Shown here: in pieces, positions 45,700-57,930 of the stretch
Layout of the letters: every line of letters starts with the position of its first letter
Numbering within the stretch: position 1 is the first letter of the stretch
NCBI GenBank assembly: GCA_964234715.1
Contig: OZ174290.1
Reading direction: 5' to 3' (one strand)
Origin: Podarcis melisellensis
Taxonomy: Eukaryota
Length of the DNA: 64,000 nt
Made by a program: the position numbers and the translations under genes
The notes under the pieces: generated by a model
Databases searched by the model: none
What the model saw: the letters and a program-made list of their open reading frames with translations, nothing else
Told to the model about the DNA's origin: nothing

Positions 45700-45925
45700 C
45701 ACCACCGTTCCGTCCTCCTAGGTCGCAAAAAGTATACAAATGAAACGATCCCCTCTTGACTTCTTCATTGCTCCGTGTTTGCCATCACGGAAGCTTACTG
45801 GAAGCCACGGTGTCGCTCTTGCCTGCCCCCATCTCTATGATCGGATCTGGGAAGGAGGGCGTGAGAGGAATGGTGGGCGGGGCCGAGGAGGTGAAAGGCT
45901 AAAAAGTGGCGGGAAGCAAAGGTAA
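45700..45925 (+). promoter_or_regulatory. Probable MIS12 promoter and non-coding first exon
   Basis: Local CpG enrichment, GC box GGGCGGGG 45875-45882, E2F-type TGGCGGGAA 45907-45915, donor AG|GTAAAA at 45921/45922 that could splice to the acceptor at 46840. Confidence 0.5.
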
Positions 45926-46877
45926 AAAGACCTGAACTCGGGTCAGGAGCTCCAGATCTCGAAACGGGAACTTGCCCCAACTGTCTGGTACTGTATTTCT
46001 ATAGGAAATAATTATGGATTCAATCACAGACATAACTATATGTTTTAATCCTGCTTTTTTTAAAAAATAAAAAGTTTCTTCTAGACTGTATCTTTGTTTT
46101 TTGCTGGTTTAAATGAGTTTGCCTGCTGTTGTAAGTTGCTTTGAGATTATTTTGCTTAAAAACAGTGACTAATAAATTTAATTAACAATAATGGTTAAAT
46201 GCCATTCTCCCAGACTGAACGTTTTCTCCGTTTATCTTTAGCACTGCAGCCTTTGAGGGGCTTGTAAACGCCAGTAAAAGTATTATAAAGTTACTGCTAA
46301 CCTGGATTACACCTTAGTGGGTGAAATCTAAACCAGCAAGACCATAAACTCACAGTAGCAGCTAATACATATATTTATATGTATACATTGAAGCATAGTG
46401 AACAACGGAAGAATGCAGGAGTAAGATGAATAGAAACGTCTTAGCAGCAGATGATTAGATCATAATTTGTTCACAAGACACTCTCTCCCCACTGCATCCC
46501 TCTTCCCTCATGAAATTGTCGTTGTTTTTCTAAAAATTCACCCCTGGACCTCTTCTCCGAGGTTTACCATGTTGTGTCACGTCAGAATGTAGGAAATTAC
46601 GGTAGGAAATAAACAACTATTTGACTTTTAGAAGATATCTGAAAGGAGCCCTGTATAGGGAAGTTTTTAATGTTTGATGTTTTACTGTAGTATTATAATT
46701 GCTGCAAGCAATAATAATAAAAATAGCTCCCTTTGCTGAGCTATAATAATAGCTAACAGGCAGTATCTGGTTTTGCCAATGGGGTCGTCCAGTATTTTTT
46801 TTTACCTCTTATAACACTGTCCTTTTTTTCTGTTTCGCAGACTTCCATGCTGTGTTTGTGTAGCTAGTTTTGCAAAA

Positions 46878-47495
46878 ATGTCGGTAAATCCCATGGCCTA
46901 TGAGGCCCAGTTCTTCGGCTTTACTCCTCAAACGTTCATGTTGCGGATATATGTAGCCTTCCAGGACCACCTTGCTCACATAATGCTTGTGGTGGAGGAC
47001 ACTATTCTGAATAAATTGGAGTGCATCCGTCCCAATAAGCTCACGCCTTCCCTAATCCGGAGGAGCACAGAGCAGTTCTTCTCTTTAATGAAGAAGATTT
47101 TCAACAACCTCTTTGGCAAAATGGAAGACACCCTTCTGAAAACGGTGTTGAGCATCCCCCCAAATGTTTTGCTTCCAGAAGACAAAGGCCAAGAGGAATT
47201 CCGCTACACTCCAGAACAGTTTCAGGAGCTCCAGGATGAGATTGACCAGCTGGAACGACAACTCAAGGCCGAAAGCGCAGCTGAACAGGCTCTTTTAGCA
47301 GAGCTGGAAGAGCAAAAGATTGTCCAAGCACACCTTGAAGGGATCCTCCAGTGGTTTGATGGCCTTGAAAACGTAGGCAGAGAAGAGGGGGTCGGCAACC
47401 TGAAAGAAAGCTTTTCCGCCTTGACAAAAACAACTGTCAAACTCCAGAGTGTCGTGCGGGAGGTGGAAGAGAAAATGAACAAGCTGAAGAAGTGA
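46878..47495 (+). CDS. MIS12: Kinetochore protein MIS12, single coding exon, 205 aa
   Basis: [30 protein letters not shown]...[14 protein letters not shown]-terminal coiled coil; 5' UTR splice acceptor tttcgcag ending at 46840; head-to-head with DERL2. Confidence 0.96.
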   Translation: MSVNPMAYEAQFFGFTPQTFMLRIYVAFQDHLAHIMLVVEDTILNKLECIRPNKLTPSLIRRSTEQFFSLMKKIFNNLFGKMEDTLLKTVLSIPPNVLLPEDKGQEEFRYTPEQFQELQDEIDQLERQLKAESAAEQALLAELEEQKIVQAHLEGILQWFDGLENVGREEGVGNLKESFSALTKTTVKLQSVVREVEEKMNKLKK

Positions 47496-48650
47496 TTGTG
47501 TAAAGGTGGGGATGGAGAACCTTCAAATGTTCTTGAACTCTGTCGCTCCCGTCAGACCCAGCATAGCCAATGGTCTGGTGGAGCCTGTAGTCTGGCCACA
47601 TGTTCCTCACCCCTAGTGGCAAATAAAATGGGATCCATTGGATCAGTGTTGCTGTTAAAGTATGACAAGAAGCTTTTTGCATCTGCAGATGGCCTCGTGG
47701 TCCCACTCGCTAGCTGTTGGTCAAAACTGGGCAGCTACTGTCTTGTGACACATCTATTCTCACCCACACACCTTTAATGAAGAGCTCTATGATAGGAGCA
47801 ACCCTGCCATGGACACTACTCCCCAATATATTGCAGGACCTCTTCTGGGGAGGAATTGCTCCTTCAGGCAGCTGGAATCTACAGGCTGGTCCAAAAGTAG
47901 CTATACTGCTTTAGAATCCACTTTCTTTCTTCTTGATTGTTCTTTGATTCAGCTGTAGATCTACTTCTGTAGATCAACTTTTGGGCCACCTTGTATGTAT
48001 GCAGAACTATATAAATACACTCTTAACTCTGAAACTTTTAAGAATGGGCACATTTTTCTTTGTGTGTCTCCTGTCTTTCAGATCCCTGCCCTCATAGTTT
48101 ATAATTTTACCTTGTTCTTTATAAGCTGCTTCTTGGCTAGCGTAGGGTAAAAATGTTTTCAGCTCTTAGCTGCGCCAATACCTTTATTTAGTTTCTCAAG
48201 TGTGCTTATCCACAATGTCCCTTCAAGTGATGTGTGTTTTCCAGCAATGCTTTGAACTGGAAAATGGTTAAACTTGCATTGCAAAATTTCCAGCTTTAAA
48301 TATAAATATTCCCTAGAGTAAGGTGTTTCAGGGTGTTTGGTTTGGTTTACCGAATACACATAAATAAACGAATCACTTTGAAACAGCCATGGCTGCCTGT
48401 GTCGGTTTATTGCTGATGAACTTATGAAATGGGATGTTTTCCAATGAAATGTAAACCCTGGAGGTTTTCATTTTGATAAACATTCCACCCTGTGGCACTG
48501 CCCACCTTCAAGGACTGTTAGACAGTGGAACAGACTCCCACGAGAGGTGGTGGGCTCTTCTTCCTTAGAGGTTTTTAAGCAGAGGTTGGGTGGCCCTATT
48601 TTGTGTATGATCTAGCTGAGATTCCTGCACTGCAGGGGAATGGACTAGAT

Positions 48651-48786
48651 CAGGCGTAGGCAAACTTGGCCCTCCAGATGTTTTGAGACTACAATTCTCA
48701 TCATCCCTGACCACTGATCCGGTTAGCTAGGGATGATGAGAATTGTAGTCCCAAAAATTCTGGAGGACCAAGTTTGTCTATGCCTG
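48651..48786. mobile_element. Palindromic hAT MITE nested in a CR1 3' end
   Basis: Same family as 3224-3358; 8-bp TSD GACTAGAT. Confidence 0.9.
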
Positions 48787-49228
48787 GACTAGATGACCCA
48801 GGGGATCCCTTCCAACTCTGATTCTTTGCTTGTGTGATAGGTGATAGTGAGCTGAATACTTACTTACACCTGTGGTACATCTAGCCCAGTGCTGTCTAGC
48901 ACATATTGGAAGCCCTATAGAACAAGAAACAAGAGGGAAAAGAACAGCACTTGGGGAGCAAGCTGGTAACCTGGAAGAGGAAAAAACCAAAGGAAAGGAT
49001 TTCAGGATTGTCCACAATGACAGGTAGCAGCTCTCCAGGGTTTCAGCCCTCACTTCCCAGCTCCAATTGGGGATTTCAGGGATTAAATCTGAGACCTTCC
49101 TGCTACTGCTGTCACTGTAATTACTCCTGTGTAACAGTGCCTGGGGTGCTCTAGTCCATGGGATCACAAAGAGTCGGACGTGACTAAACAACAACAAACA
49201 GTGCCTAGGATTGTGGCTAAGGAATATA

Positions 49229-49454
49229 CAGTGGTACCTTGGGTTAAGTACTAAATTCGTTCCGGAGGTCCGTTCTTAACCTGAAACTGTTCTTAACCTG
49301 AAGCAGCAGTTTAGCTAATGGGGCCTCCTGCTGCTGCCGCGCTGCCGGAGCACGATTTCTGTTCTCATCCTAAAGCAAAGTTCTCAACCTGAAGCAGTAT
49401 TTCTGGGTTAGCGGAGTCTGTAACCTGAAGCGTATGTAACCTGAGGTACCACTG
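49229..49454. mobile_element. pogo/Tigger-like MITE type A
   Basis: TIRs plus TA flanks; near-identical to 26861-27094. Confidence 0.88.
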
Positions 49455-51655
49455 TATCATGCTTTTAGTGTGTGTGTGTGTCCAAATAAAACTACCAACA
49501 TTTTCCTTTGCATTTCAAGTTATAAACAACACTGGAATCCCATCCATGCAAAGATGATTATCTTTTCATTGTCCTTTTTAATACAAGAATACTGGAGGTG
49601 GAGAATAACACTGATAAATGTAGACAAACAAACATTTTCAGACCATAGGAAGTTGTACCAAAGGGTTGCCTGCTCCTTTGATTGGGGTTGAAATCTCACC
49701 CAAAGCTTCAAAGTTTCCATGTATTGTCAAAACAGCCTGTAATCGGTGGCAGATGCTTTTATTACACGTTTTATATTTGTTATTAGTAACCTTGTCACTT
49801 AAGCCACAAATCAGAAACACAAAACAAGGCAATAAAATAGCAAAGCAAATTAAATAAAGCAGAAGCACAAAAAGGGATACAATAATCTCAGAAAGGTAAA
49901 AAAACAACACAATAGTGTTCAAATTGCTGTTAGAGCAGAGCTGTCTGCAAGCTCAGCCTGCAGGCCTGTCTGGCCCAACCCACCTGACCTACAGATGGTG
50001 TCACATATGCTGTCAGACATGGGCTGCTGCACACCTTGGCTGAAAGCAGGGAGGGCAGGCATAGCCCATTTTGCAAGCTGTATCTCACAGGAGGTGGAGG
50101 AGAAAAAGATCTGACCTGCTGGCCTGATCCAGTTCTCCACCCCTAGAGCAGAGACTGAAGGCCACACTCACCCCATACATTTAAAGCACTATGATACTAC
50201 TTTATAAACAGTCACGCATCTCCCAAGGAATCCTGGGAGCTGTAGTTTGTTTAATGGGTGACGAGTTGTTAGGAAGCCCCCAGTCCCGTCACAGAGCTAC
50301 CGTTCTCCGAGTGGTTGAACCACCAATCCCTCTTCACAGGGAATCCTGGGAATTGTAGGTCTGGAAGTGGGGATACAGGGGTCCCCTAACAACTCTGAGC
50401 ACCCTTAAATTCTTTGGGGGAAGCCATATCAGAGCACTTTTAAGAGTATTTTGTGACTGTGGATTGCCACATTTGCTAGGGGTGAGCCATACCTAGAGAT
50501 TTTCTTCCACACTTAATAGCTTTTGCTTCGTGCTTTTGTAGACACCAGTAAGCAATCAATTCTTTTGCTTAAACGCTGATGGTGATCCAAATTTCCCCAC
50601 TGAAACACCCAGAATAAAAACATTTGATCTTTCTCAACCCGTATTGGGGTTTTTAATCTACGTTTATACCACAGCCACCCTAACCATCCTCAGATATTGG
50701 GAGAGTTCATCCTCCTTTTTCTCTGAGTGTCCTCTGGTGATACCAAAAAATTCAACTCCCCCCCCCCCTCATGCAACTCTTGAACTAATGGTTCACTGGT
50801 GTTTCTTCTGCTTGAAGCAGGCCTCTCGATGGAAAACTTGGATGGTCTGAAGGCTTCCTTGCATGTCTCAGGTCCAAGTATACTTGCACTTGTACGCTGG
50901 GACACTTGATATGAAAAGGAATAAACTGTAGTATATCCTGTAAAAGCTCTTGCCTTCAAAAACTGCTTGACATTAGAGAGTTTGTAGTGCAAATGGTGTA
51001 CTAAAGATCTTCAGATACTTTTCAGTTGTTGCAAATGCCCGTTTTGGAATTTAGTTTAGTGGTTCCCTGAATGACAAGAGGAGGCAATAGTGCTTGTTTT
51101 AACTCAAGATTAGTCTGGTTCCTTCAGAGAAAACTGAATGGTGACAGTTGCAGTCCAACTTTATTCGCAAAGAATTATTAAAAGGTTGTATGTGACACGA
51201 GTCTGCCTTAGAGAGGGGTTCTGACACATCAGCCCAGTGGGTTTTCATGATCTCATGTCATCCTACCTTCCTTTCAGTGAACGTTGCACTTTTCAAGCAG
51301 CAAAAGATGCACTTTGAGCAACACTCCCTGCTCTGATGGAAGGATCAGTAAAATCTAGATAAACATTTCAAAGCAGCTGCACCCACTTAACGTCACAAAA
51401 CAGGAAAACAAAATATTCCATTTGTTCCATGTGCAACAAGACCCACCCTCTCTCAACACTGAAAGGTATTTTTGTTCAACCGAGAACCACCGTAAACAAC
51501 ATGCATCAAGGAATCAATAAAGGGCACTTTTTGACATTATGTACATTTGTGTGTATTAAACCCACACGTAGATAAGACACTTCTCAGAAGGGGACGGCGG
51601 GTAAAAATTCGAGAGTTCTCTGCTTTCCTGGAAAGTGCTGCAAATGGAGCCACGG

Positions 51656-51685
51656 CTACAAAATAACTGTCCACGAATCGCAAAC
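51656..51685 (-). CDS. RPAIN: RPAIN exon 7 (last coding exon)
   Basis: ttcttag|VCDSWTVIL*. Confidence 0.88.
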   Translation of the reverse strand, partial: VCDSWTVIL

Positions 51686-53629
51686 CTAAGAACACAAAAA
51701 GAAAGATAACAATTGCCTGCCATGTGCAGTTTCTTCATACTGTGCAGCGCTATGGAGATCAAAAGACTTCTTTCATTACTTCCCATCAACTGGCAGCGCT
51801 ATGGGGGCTACACCCAGGGATATCCCCTGTGCTTCTCCCAAACAAGGACAAGGGCCTTCTCAGTCCTAGTCCTGACATGCTAACCACTACACCACACTGC
51901 CTCTCCAGCAGGCGGGCACATCGCACTATTGCTGTCACAAAATGAGGCTCTTACCTGACAGCTCATGAGAAGATGTGCTTCGCCTTCCGCCCAGCTGGTT
52001 ACAGCAAATTCAGGCCAGCACTGACAGCGGCGGCCGTGTTCTGTCACGCTGTCTTCCAGCGAAGAGCAGAGCTTCTCCTTGGTCATCCCCTTACAGAGAG
52101 AAGGAATCAAACCCTTTTGGTGGAGCGGGCAAGCCCAGTCCTCCCCATTCCACACATGTACACCTCGCTTGCCAACCGCTTCCCTTCCCCGTGGTAGGGT
52201 CTGGCGCTGTGGTCTAAACCACTGAGCCTCTTGGGCTTGCTGATCAGAAGGTTGGTGGTTCAAATCCCCGTGACGCAGTGAGCTAAGTTGCTCTGTCCCA
52301 GCTCCTGCTAACCTAGCAGCTCGAAAGCACGCCAGTGCTAGTAGATAGATACTGCTGTGGCGGGAAGGTAAACAGCGCTTCCGTGCGCTCTGGCACTCAT
52401 CACAGTGTTCTGTTGTGCCAGAAGCGGTTTAGTCATGCTAGCCACATGACCCGTAAAGCTGTCTGTGGACTAACGCCGGCTCCCTGGGCCTGAAAAGCGA
52501 GATGAGTGCCGCAACCCCATAGTCACCTTTGATTGGACTTAATCGTCCAGGGGTCCCACCCTAGGACCCTGAAGTGAAAAGTGGGTAACACAACAACAAC
52601 TTTACAAAATTAATAGTGAAATCCAGCCCAGGAAAGCTGCTCAGCTGTTTAACTCAACGGGCCTTTTCTGCTGTGTCTTCTCATTTACTACAATTCCCAC
52701 TATGGCTGACCACTGGTCTTGCTAGCGAGGGATGATGGGAGTTTTAGTCCAAAAACAGCTGGACACCGAAGTCTGGGAAACACTGCTCTAAAGGCCTTGG
52801 CCCTTAACCACCTGTGACCTGTGGGTGGGATATTTCTGATGCATTTTTCTGCCCCCTTGGTTTTAACATACCCAGACCTTTTGTGTACAAATCTGGTGCA
52901 CTCTGCTGCTGAGCCATGTTCCTTTACCCCAAACGGCGCAAATGATTTTTGTGCACCTGCTCACCTGCGTGCTGATGGAAAGCCCACACGGACACACGAC
53001 TGAGTGACTCATCACACAGAGATTGTTCCTAGGAAGAACACAGCCATGAATTAATGCAAGGTGGAGAAGCGATCAGGGGTGAAACTCAACAGGGATGAAT
53101 TCCTTTTCGTTTCCTTTATTAAGTCTTCCCCTGGCGAGCTTCAGCCACCTGGTAGCTATTTCTCCACATCATCTAACTGGGATGAGGCAGGGGAAAGGCC
53201 TAGGACCATCGTACCTTCGGGACCGCCTCTCCTGGTATGCCCCACAGAGGAACCTATGGTCTGCAAATAAAAACATCCTGAAAGTCCCAGGCCACAGAGA
53301 GGTTAGGCTGGCCTCAACTAGAGCCAGGGCTTTCTCGGCTGTGGCTTCAATCTGGTGGAACGCTCTGTCACAAGAGACTAGGGCCCTGCGGGACCTGACA
53401 TCTTTCTGCAGGGCATGCAAGACAGAGTTGTCCCACCAGGCCTTTGGTTAGGGCGCATCCTGACTCCCTCCTCTGGCAACCTGCACAGAATTTTGCTTAA
53501 CGGTTGCCCTCAATTTGATTTTAATTAATTTTTATAATGAAATGTTTTTAGAATGTTGGATTATTTGATTGTTTGATTATTTGATTGTTGTTAGCTGGAG
53601 TCCGGCTTCGGCTGGGGAGGGCTGGATAT

Positions 53630-53689
<60 letters not shown>

Positions 53690-56600
53690 AAACACTGTAT
53701 GTGTTTGCCTCACCTTCTGCAAACCGGGCAGATGACCTTGCGCTCTGCATCCAAGCCATCCAGGATATCATTCAGGCACTCCTCCTCAAAGCGCAGGCTT
53801 TGTTCGTACTCTTCCACGGCCAGCTGTTCTGCAAGGGAGAAAGCCCCGTCCCCTGCGTCACAGGCTGTGCCAACAGAAATTAAAGCTGCGGCTATCAGAA
53901 TCAAAAGAGAATCAAGTACCTTGCAAGATCAGCTCCTCCTGGATTTCCTCCAAGACGTCCAGCATCTAAAGGGAACCGCACAGTAAGCTGGTATTAGCTC
54001 CACAGAATAAAAACAGACTTCACCTGCCAGCAGAAGGACAATATGGATAGAGCCAGTCTAGCCTCTCTAGGAAGGGAGCTCCAAAATATGGGAGCTGCCA
54101 CCGAGAAGGCCCTCTCCCACGTCCCCACCAAGAACGCCTACGAGGATGGTGGGGCTGGGAGAAGGGCCTACCCCAAAATATCTCAGAGCCCAAGCTCTGG
54201 TGGAAGAATACAGTCCTTCTGATAGCCTAGACCTAACCTGTACAGTGGTACCTGGGTTGTTGAACTTAATCCGTTCTGGGAGTCTGCTTAACTCCCAGAA
54301 GCATTTGAAGACCGAGGCATGGCTTCCAATTGGCTGCAGGAGCTTTCAATCATAAGCTGCATCGGAAGTTTGACTTCCAAAAAATGTTTGCAAACCAGAA
54401 CACCCACTTCTGGGTTTGCTGCATTCAGGGGCCGATTTGTTCAACAACTAAGCCGTTCAACAACCAAGGTACCACTGTATAAGGCTTAATAGGTCTAAAC
54501 CAGAACTTTGAATTATTATTAATAGTTAAATTTGTATACAGCCAGAGGGATGCCAGCTCTCTAAGTTACAGGGGCTGCCAACCTTTTTAGGCTCATGGGC
54601 ACATTTGGATTGAACCGGTACTGTAGGTGCCCTTTGGGCATTTGTAAGTGCTGTTTGGGCATTTCTCACCTTTCACCCCTGGGATCAGTCCAGCCACCCA
54701 CCCCCAGAGAGTGATAGACACAGACACACTTACGTTGCTCTTCCAAGGGACCTGGGTAGAAAGCAGATCCACTAGAATTAATCTAAGCCTTGAGAAGCAT
54801 AGAGCTGAAAGAGGAAGTGCGAAAGAGTGCCGCTCTTCCAACTTCCTCCTTTGGCTCTATGTACTTTCCGAGGGAACGAAAGGTCACCTCTCTGTTCGCC
54901 AAGGGTACTTCATGCGGCTGCGAGGTGTGTGCGTGCTCAGAAACTTTGTGGGCACCAGGACATTATGCTGACAATCCACACATACACTGCTGAGATTTCC
55001 ATTCCACCTTAAGGAGTAGGTGTGAGGAACTGTTGCGAGTCACATGTCTGTTTACATTCCAGCACAGTTTGCTGGGAACTTCAGTTGTATGTATTGATTT
55101 TGCTTTTCCCTGTCTCTCTGAGAGGATGAAGAGAGAGAGAGAGAGACAACATGTTTGCTTGTCCTGATTTATGATTAATAAATCTGTAGTTGTAGTATGC
55201 TTTCACAAGCCTCACGCCTATTCTGTGTGTGCAGTTCGATCTGCTGATAGTGTGCCCTGGCTTTGAAGCCCGGGTCGCTGATTTACGCCGGAGCAGAGGC
55301 CGATGGGTCTTCGCAGCGGACAGCTGGATGGAGAGGGCCCAGCTGGGGCTAGCCAGCTGGCCTTACAGCCCTCTGCATGTCAACACCCCTGCCCCCGGCG
55401 ATATGGACAGCCACCCACAAAGAACATAGTACAGTAGCTGCTTCTTACCGCAGTGACCTGAGGTGAAGTTTCTTGTTTCCTGGGGAAGGGCAGCTGGAAA
55501 TCCAGAGGCCGCAGAGCCTGCCATTCCACCTCCATCACTTCCTGGACCAAGAGGGCTTTGCTCGCTTGATGGGCTGTGTCTTCTCCCACATGGCGGTATC
55601 TGTCCAGGAGCCTGGCACGGCTGCTCTTCAGCCTCTCCACGCAGCGCTGGAGGGCAGTGAACAGAGAGATAAAGACTCGCAATGGAGACACCAGCATGGC
55701 TAAATCATTTCTCTCTTTTCCCCACAATCTCCTACTTAGGAAGATGAAATGCTTTCTTAACATTTTAAAAGATTCACCTGATATGACTACAGTGATGTAG
55801 GTTTTCAATATTCTTGAAATATTTTAAATACAGTGGTACCTTGGTTTAAGAACAGTCCGGTTTAAGAATGATTTGGTTTACAAACTCCGCAAAACCAGAA
55901 AGTGTCTTGGTTTGAGAATTTTGCCTTGGTCTAAGAATGGAATCCTAACGGTGGAAGGGCACCGGTGGCGGGAGGCCTCATTAGGGAAAGTGTGCCTCAG
56001 TTTAAGAACGGTTTCGGTTTAAGAACAGACTTCCAGAACAGATTAAGTTCGTAAACCAAGGTACCACTGTAAATAATCTTGGTAGGTGTAGCTTGCATGA
56101 ACTGCTTCCCTCGTTGATGCAGTTCCTAAATGTGCACAAGCAGTCAGGCACCAATACTATGGAACTACCCTGTTGCAGAGCACAGACAAGCAAGCACCCA
56201 CAACATCAACGCAGTTCAGGGATCTTAGAAAAGCACATGGTTTGTGAGCATAGCCGTCACAGCTAGTAGCCATCAACAGCCGCCGCCTCTATGAATTTGT
56301 CCAATCCTCTTTTAAAAGTCATCCAAGGTGGTGGCCATCGCTCCCCTCTTGTGGGAGAGTTTAGCTATATGCTCTCTCCCTAGGGGTTGGGCTGCTACGG
56401 AAACGGCCATCCAGGTAGGACGGCGGTCAAATCTGCCCTTTATCAACGCGCAGAGCCGGCAGGGCTCCTTGAACTGTATCCAGTCATGGAACGTTCGCAG
56501 TAGTCATGGAACGTTCGCAGTCGCCGCGTTCTGCGGAAGTCATGGAACGTTCGCAGTCGCCGCGTTCTGCGGAAGTCATGGAACGTTCGCAGTCGCCGCG

Positions 56601-56719
56601 TTCCACAGGAGTTTCGGTCAGACCCCGCGCGGCCGCCTTACCTGCCTGAAGGTCTCCTTCCAAGGCGGGGTCCGGGCGCCCTTGTAAAGAGCCTGGTGCC
56701 GCTGAACCTGCCCCTCCAT
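51656..56719 (-). CDS. RPAIN: RPA-interacting protein, whole gene, about 221 aa
   Basis: join(56642-56719,55449-55646,53920-53965,53714-53828,52965-53028,51955-52089,51656-51685) = 666 nt; PPWKETFRQRC..., C-terminal Zn-finger CPVC/CPCG/CQVCD; AATAAA (minus) at 51160-51165. Confidence 0.93.
51955..52089 (-). CDS. RPAIN: RPAIN exon 6
   Basis: GMTKEKLCSSLEDSVTEHGRRCQCWPEFAV...LLMSCQ; aag/gtaaga. Confidence 0.9.
52197..52557 (+). mobile_element. Sauria SINE
   Basis: TGGCGCTGTGGTCTAAACCAC...CCAGGGGTCC; matches the other copies. Confidence 0.82.
52965..53028 (-). CDS. RPAIN: RPAIN exon 5
   Basis: NNLCVMSHSVVCPCGLSISTQ; tag/gtgagc. Confidence 0.9.
53197..53687 (+). mobile_element. L2-clade LINE 3' fragment, same subfamily
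   Basis: Highly similar to 42930-43378; (TTA)n tail. Confidence 0.85.
53714..53828 (-). CDS. RPAIN: RPAIN exon 4
   Basis: QLAVEEYEQSLRFEEECLN...VICPVCR; cag/gtgagg. Confidence 0.92.
53920..53965 (-). CDS. RPAIN: RPAIN exon 3
   Basis: MLDVLEEIQEELILQ; tag/gtactt. Confidence 0.85.
54243..54477. mobile_element. pogo/Tigger-like MITE (GGTTGTTGAAC type)
   Basis: TA|CAGTGGTACCTGGGTTGTTGAAC...GTTCAACAACCAAGGTACCACTG|TA. Confidence 0.82.
55449..55646 (-). CDS. RPAIN: RPAIN exon 2
   Basis: RCVERLKSSRARLLDRYR...LLVQEVMEVEWQAL; donor gtaaga (an in-frame alternative donor would end the exon at 55458). Confidence 0.85.
55831..56069. mobile_element. pogo/Tigger-like MITE (GGTTTAAGAAC type)
   Basis: TA|CAGTGGTACCTTGGTTT...AAACCAAGGTACCACTG|TA. 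Confidence 0.82.
56482..56610. repeat. 36-bp minisatellite, about 3.5 copies, in RPAIN intron 1
   Basis: Unit AGTCATGGAACGTTCGCAGTCGCCGCGTTCTGCGGA at 56502, 56538 and 56574, with a partial copy at 56482. Confidence 0.9.
56642..56719 (-). CDS. RPAIN: RPAIN exon 1
   Basis: MEGQVQRHQALYKGARTPPWKETFRQ; donor gtaagg. Confidence 0.9.
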
Positions 56720-57930
56720 CCCCTTCGCGAAGCACAAGACCCGGACCCGGCAGCTGCGTTTACACGGCAGGCTTTGCCGCCTTCCTTTAACCGCCCTCCA
56801 CTCGCCCAAGGCATTCTGGGAAATGGAGTTCGGCAAAGGACTCCGGTGCATGCTGGGAAACGTCTCGCACCTTGCATCTTGAGGGATCAGTCAGGCACTT
56901 GATGGGAATTGTAGTCGAAGACGTTCTCGTCGTTCAAACGTCCCTTCCCGGGTTTTGGCGGTGGGAGGAGGAAGAAGGCGAAGTAAACAAGCCAAACCTG
57001 TTAAAGACAAGGAGATGGGAGTGTAAGAGTGATAAAGCAATAAAGTGCGTGAGGGGAGGGTGGGAATCAATTTTACGAAAAAAAGTGTGACCAAAGCAAT
57101 AAAGAAAATTGAAACTGTGATATGCAATATAATGAATGATTTTAGAGTGTTGTTTGTGCTGTACATTTGTACTGTTTTATTGTTGTTAGCCGCCCTGAGC
57201 TCGGCTTCGGCTGGGGAGGGCGGGATATAAATAAAATTTATTATTATTATTTATTATTACCGTGCGGAAGAATATTGTGGTCAAACGGTAGAGATATATT
57301 GATAAAACAAGGATGATAAAAATCTAAAATGATCGAACAAAAAAAATGAAATGCCATTGTGGCTGAACAATTATAGTAAATGTTAGAATGATGAAGCACA
57401 AAAGTAAGAAAGAAATATTAGTTAGGCAACAGTAAAAGAACGTTTCGAATGATAAGACACATGAATGTAGCAATCCCAATCTCTATGTGTAACTAACACA
57501 ATATTCGCAAAAAACAAAAAAGATACTAAATTAACAGATGAAATCCCGGAGATCCTTCCCCGCTTATTTCGCCCAGCCTAGCCAATAGAAAATACTGCCA
57601 AGATTTGAACGGGCGGGATGTTCTTTCGACGTAAGCAGCCCTCACTTCCACTCCAGGATAATGAGAATATCTATGGAAAACCCCATAGCATTTTCACGTC
57701 TACACTTTTCACAAGTTTACGGTCCAGAGACCGCTTGCGTCAGCAGGCCGCGGTGCACTCTGGGTCTCGTCCTTCCCTCGCTCCCTCCCGTGGCGAAGAT
57801 ACCCGCTGGGCTTAACCATCTTTATCGGTCCGCCGGGACGCTGACGTCACCGTCCGCGGTGCACTCTGGGGCTCGTAGTCCCGCGCTCCTGAGGCAGCGA
57901 GGCCCCGACCGGCTTCATCGACCGGCGACG
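56720..57930. promoter_or_regulatory. Divergent RPAIN/NUP88 promoter region
   Basis: ZNF143/SBS-like motifs at 56811-56830, 56845-56860, 56901-56916, 57748-57764 and 57854-57880; perfect CRE TGACGTCA 57842-57849; CCAAT about 57582. Confidence 0.7.
57165..57259 (+). mobile_element. Short L2 3' end between the RPAIN and NUP88 promoters
   Basis: GGCTTCGGCTGGGGAGGGCGGGATATAAATAAA plus TTA tail, identical to the ends of the other L2 copies. Confidence 0.8.

Noticed and set aside
54690-55300. Possible LTR-like segment in RPAIN intron 2 (also about 1935-2500)
   Set aside because: Composition is suggestive, but I could not define termini, a TSD or a second copy
56482-56610. CRISPR-like appearance of the 36-bp repeats
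   Set aside because: Head-to-tail units without unique spacers in a vertebrate intron; it is a minisatellite
57661-57930. Upstream in-frame ATGs extending NUP88
   Set aside because: They lie upstream of the promoter motifs; ATG 57931 gives the MAAA start expected for NUP88
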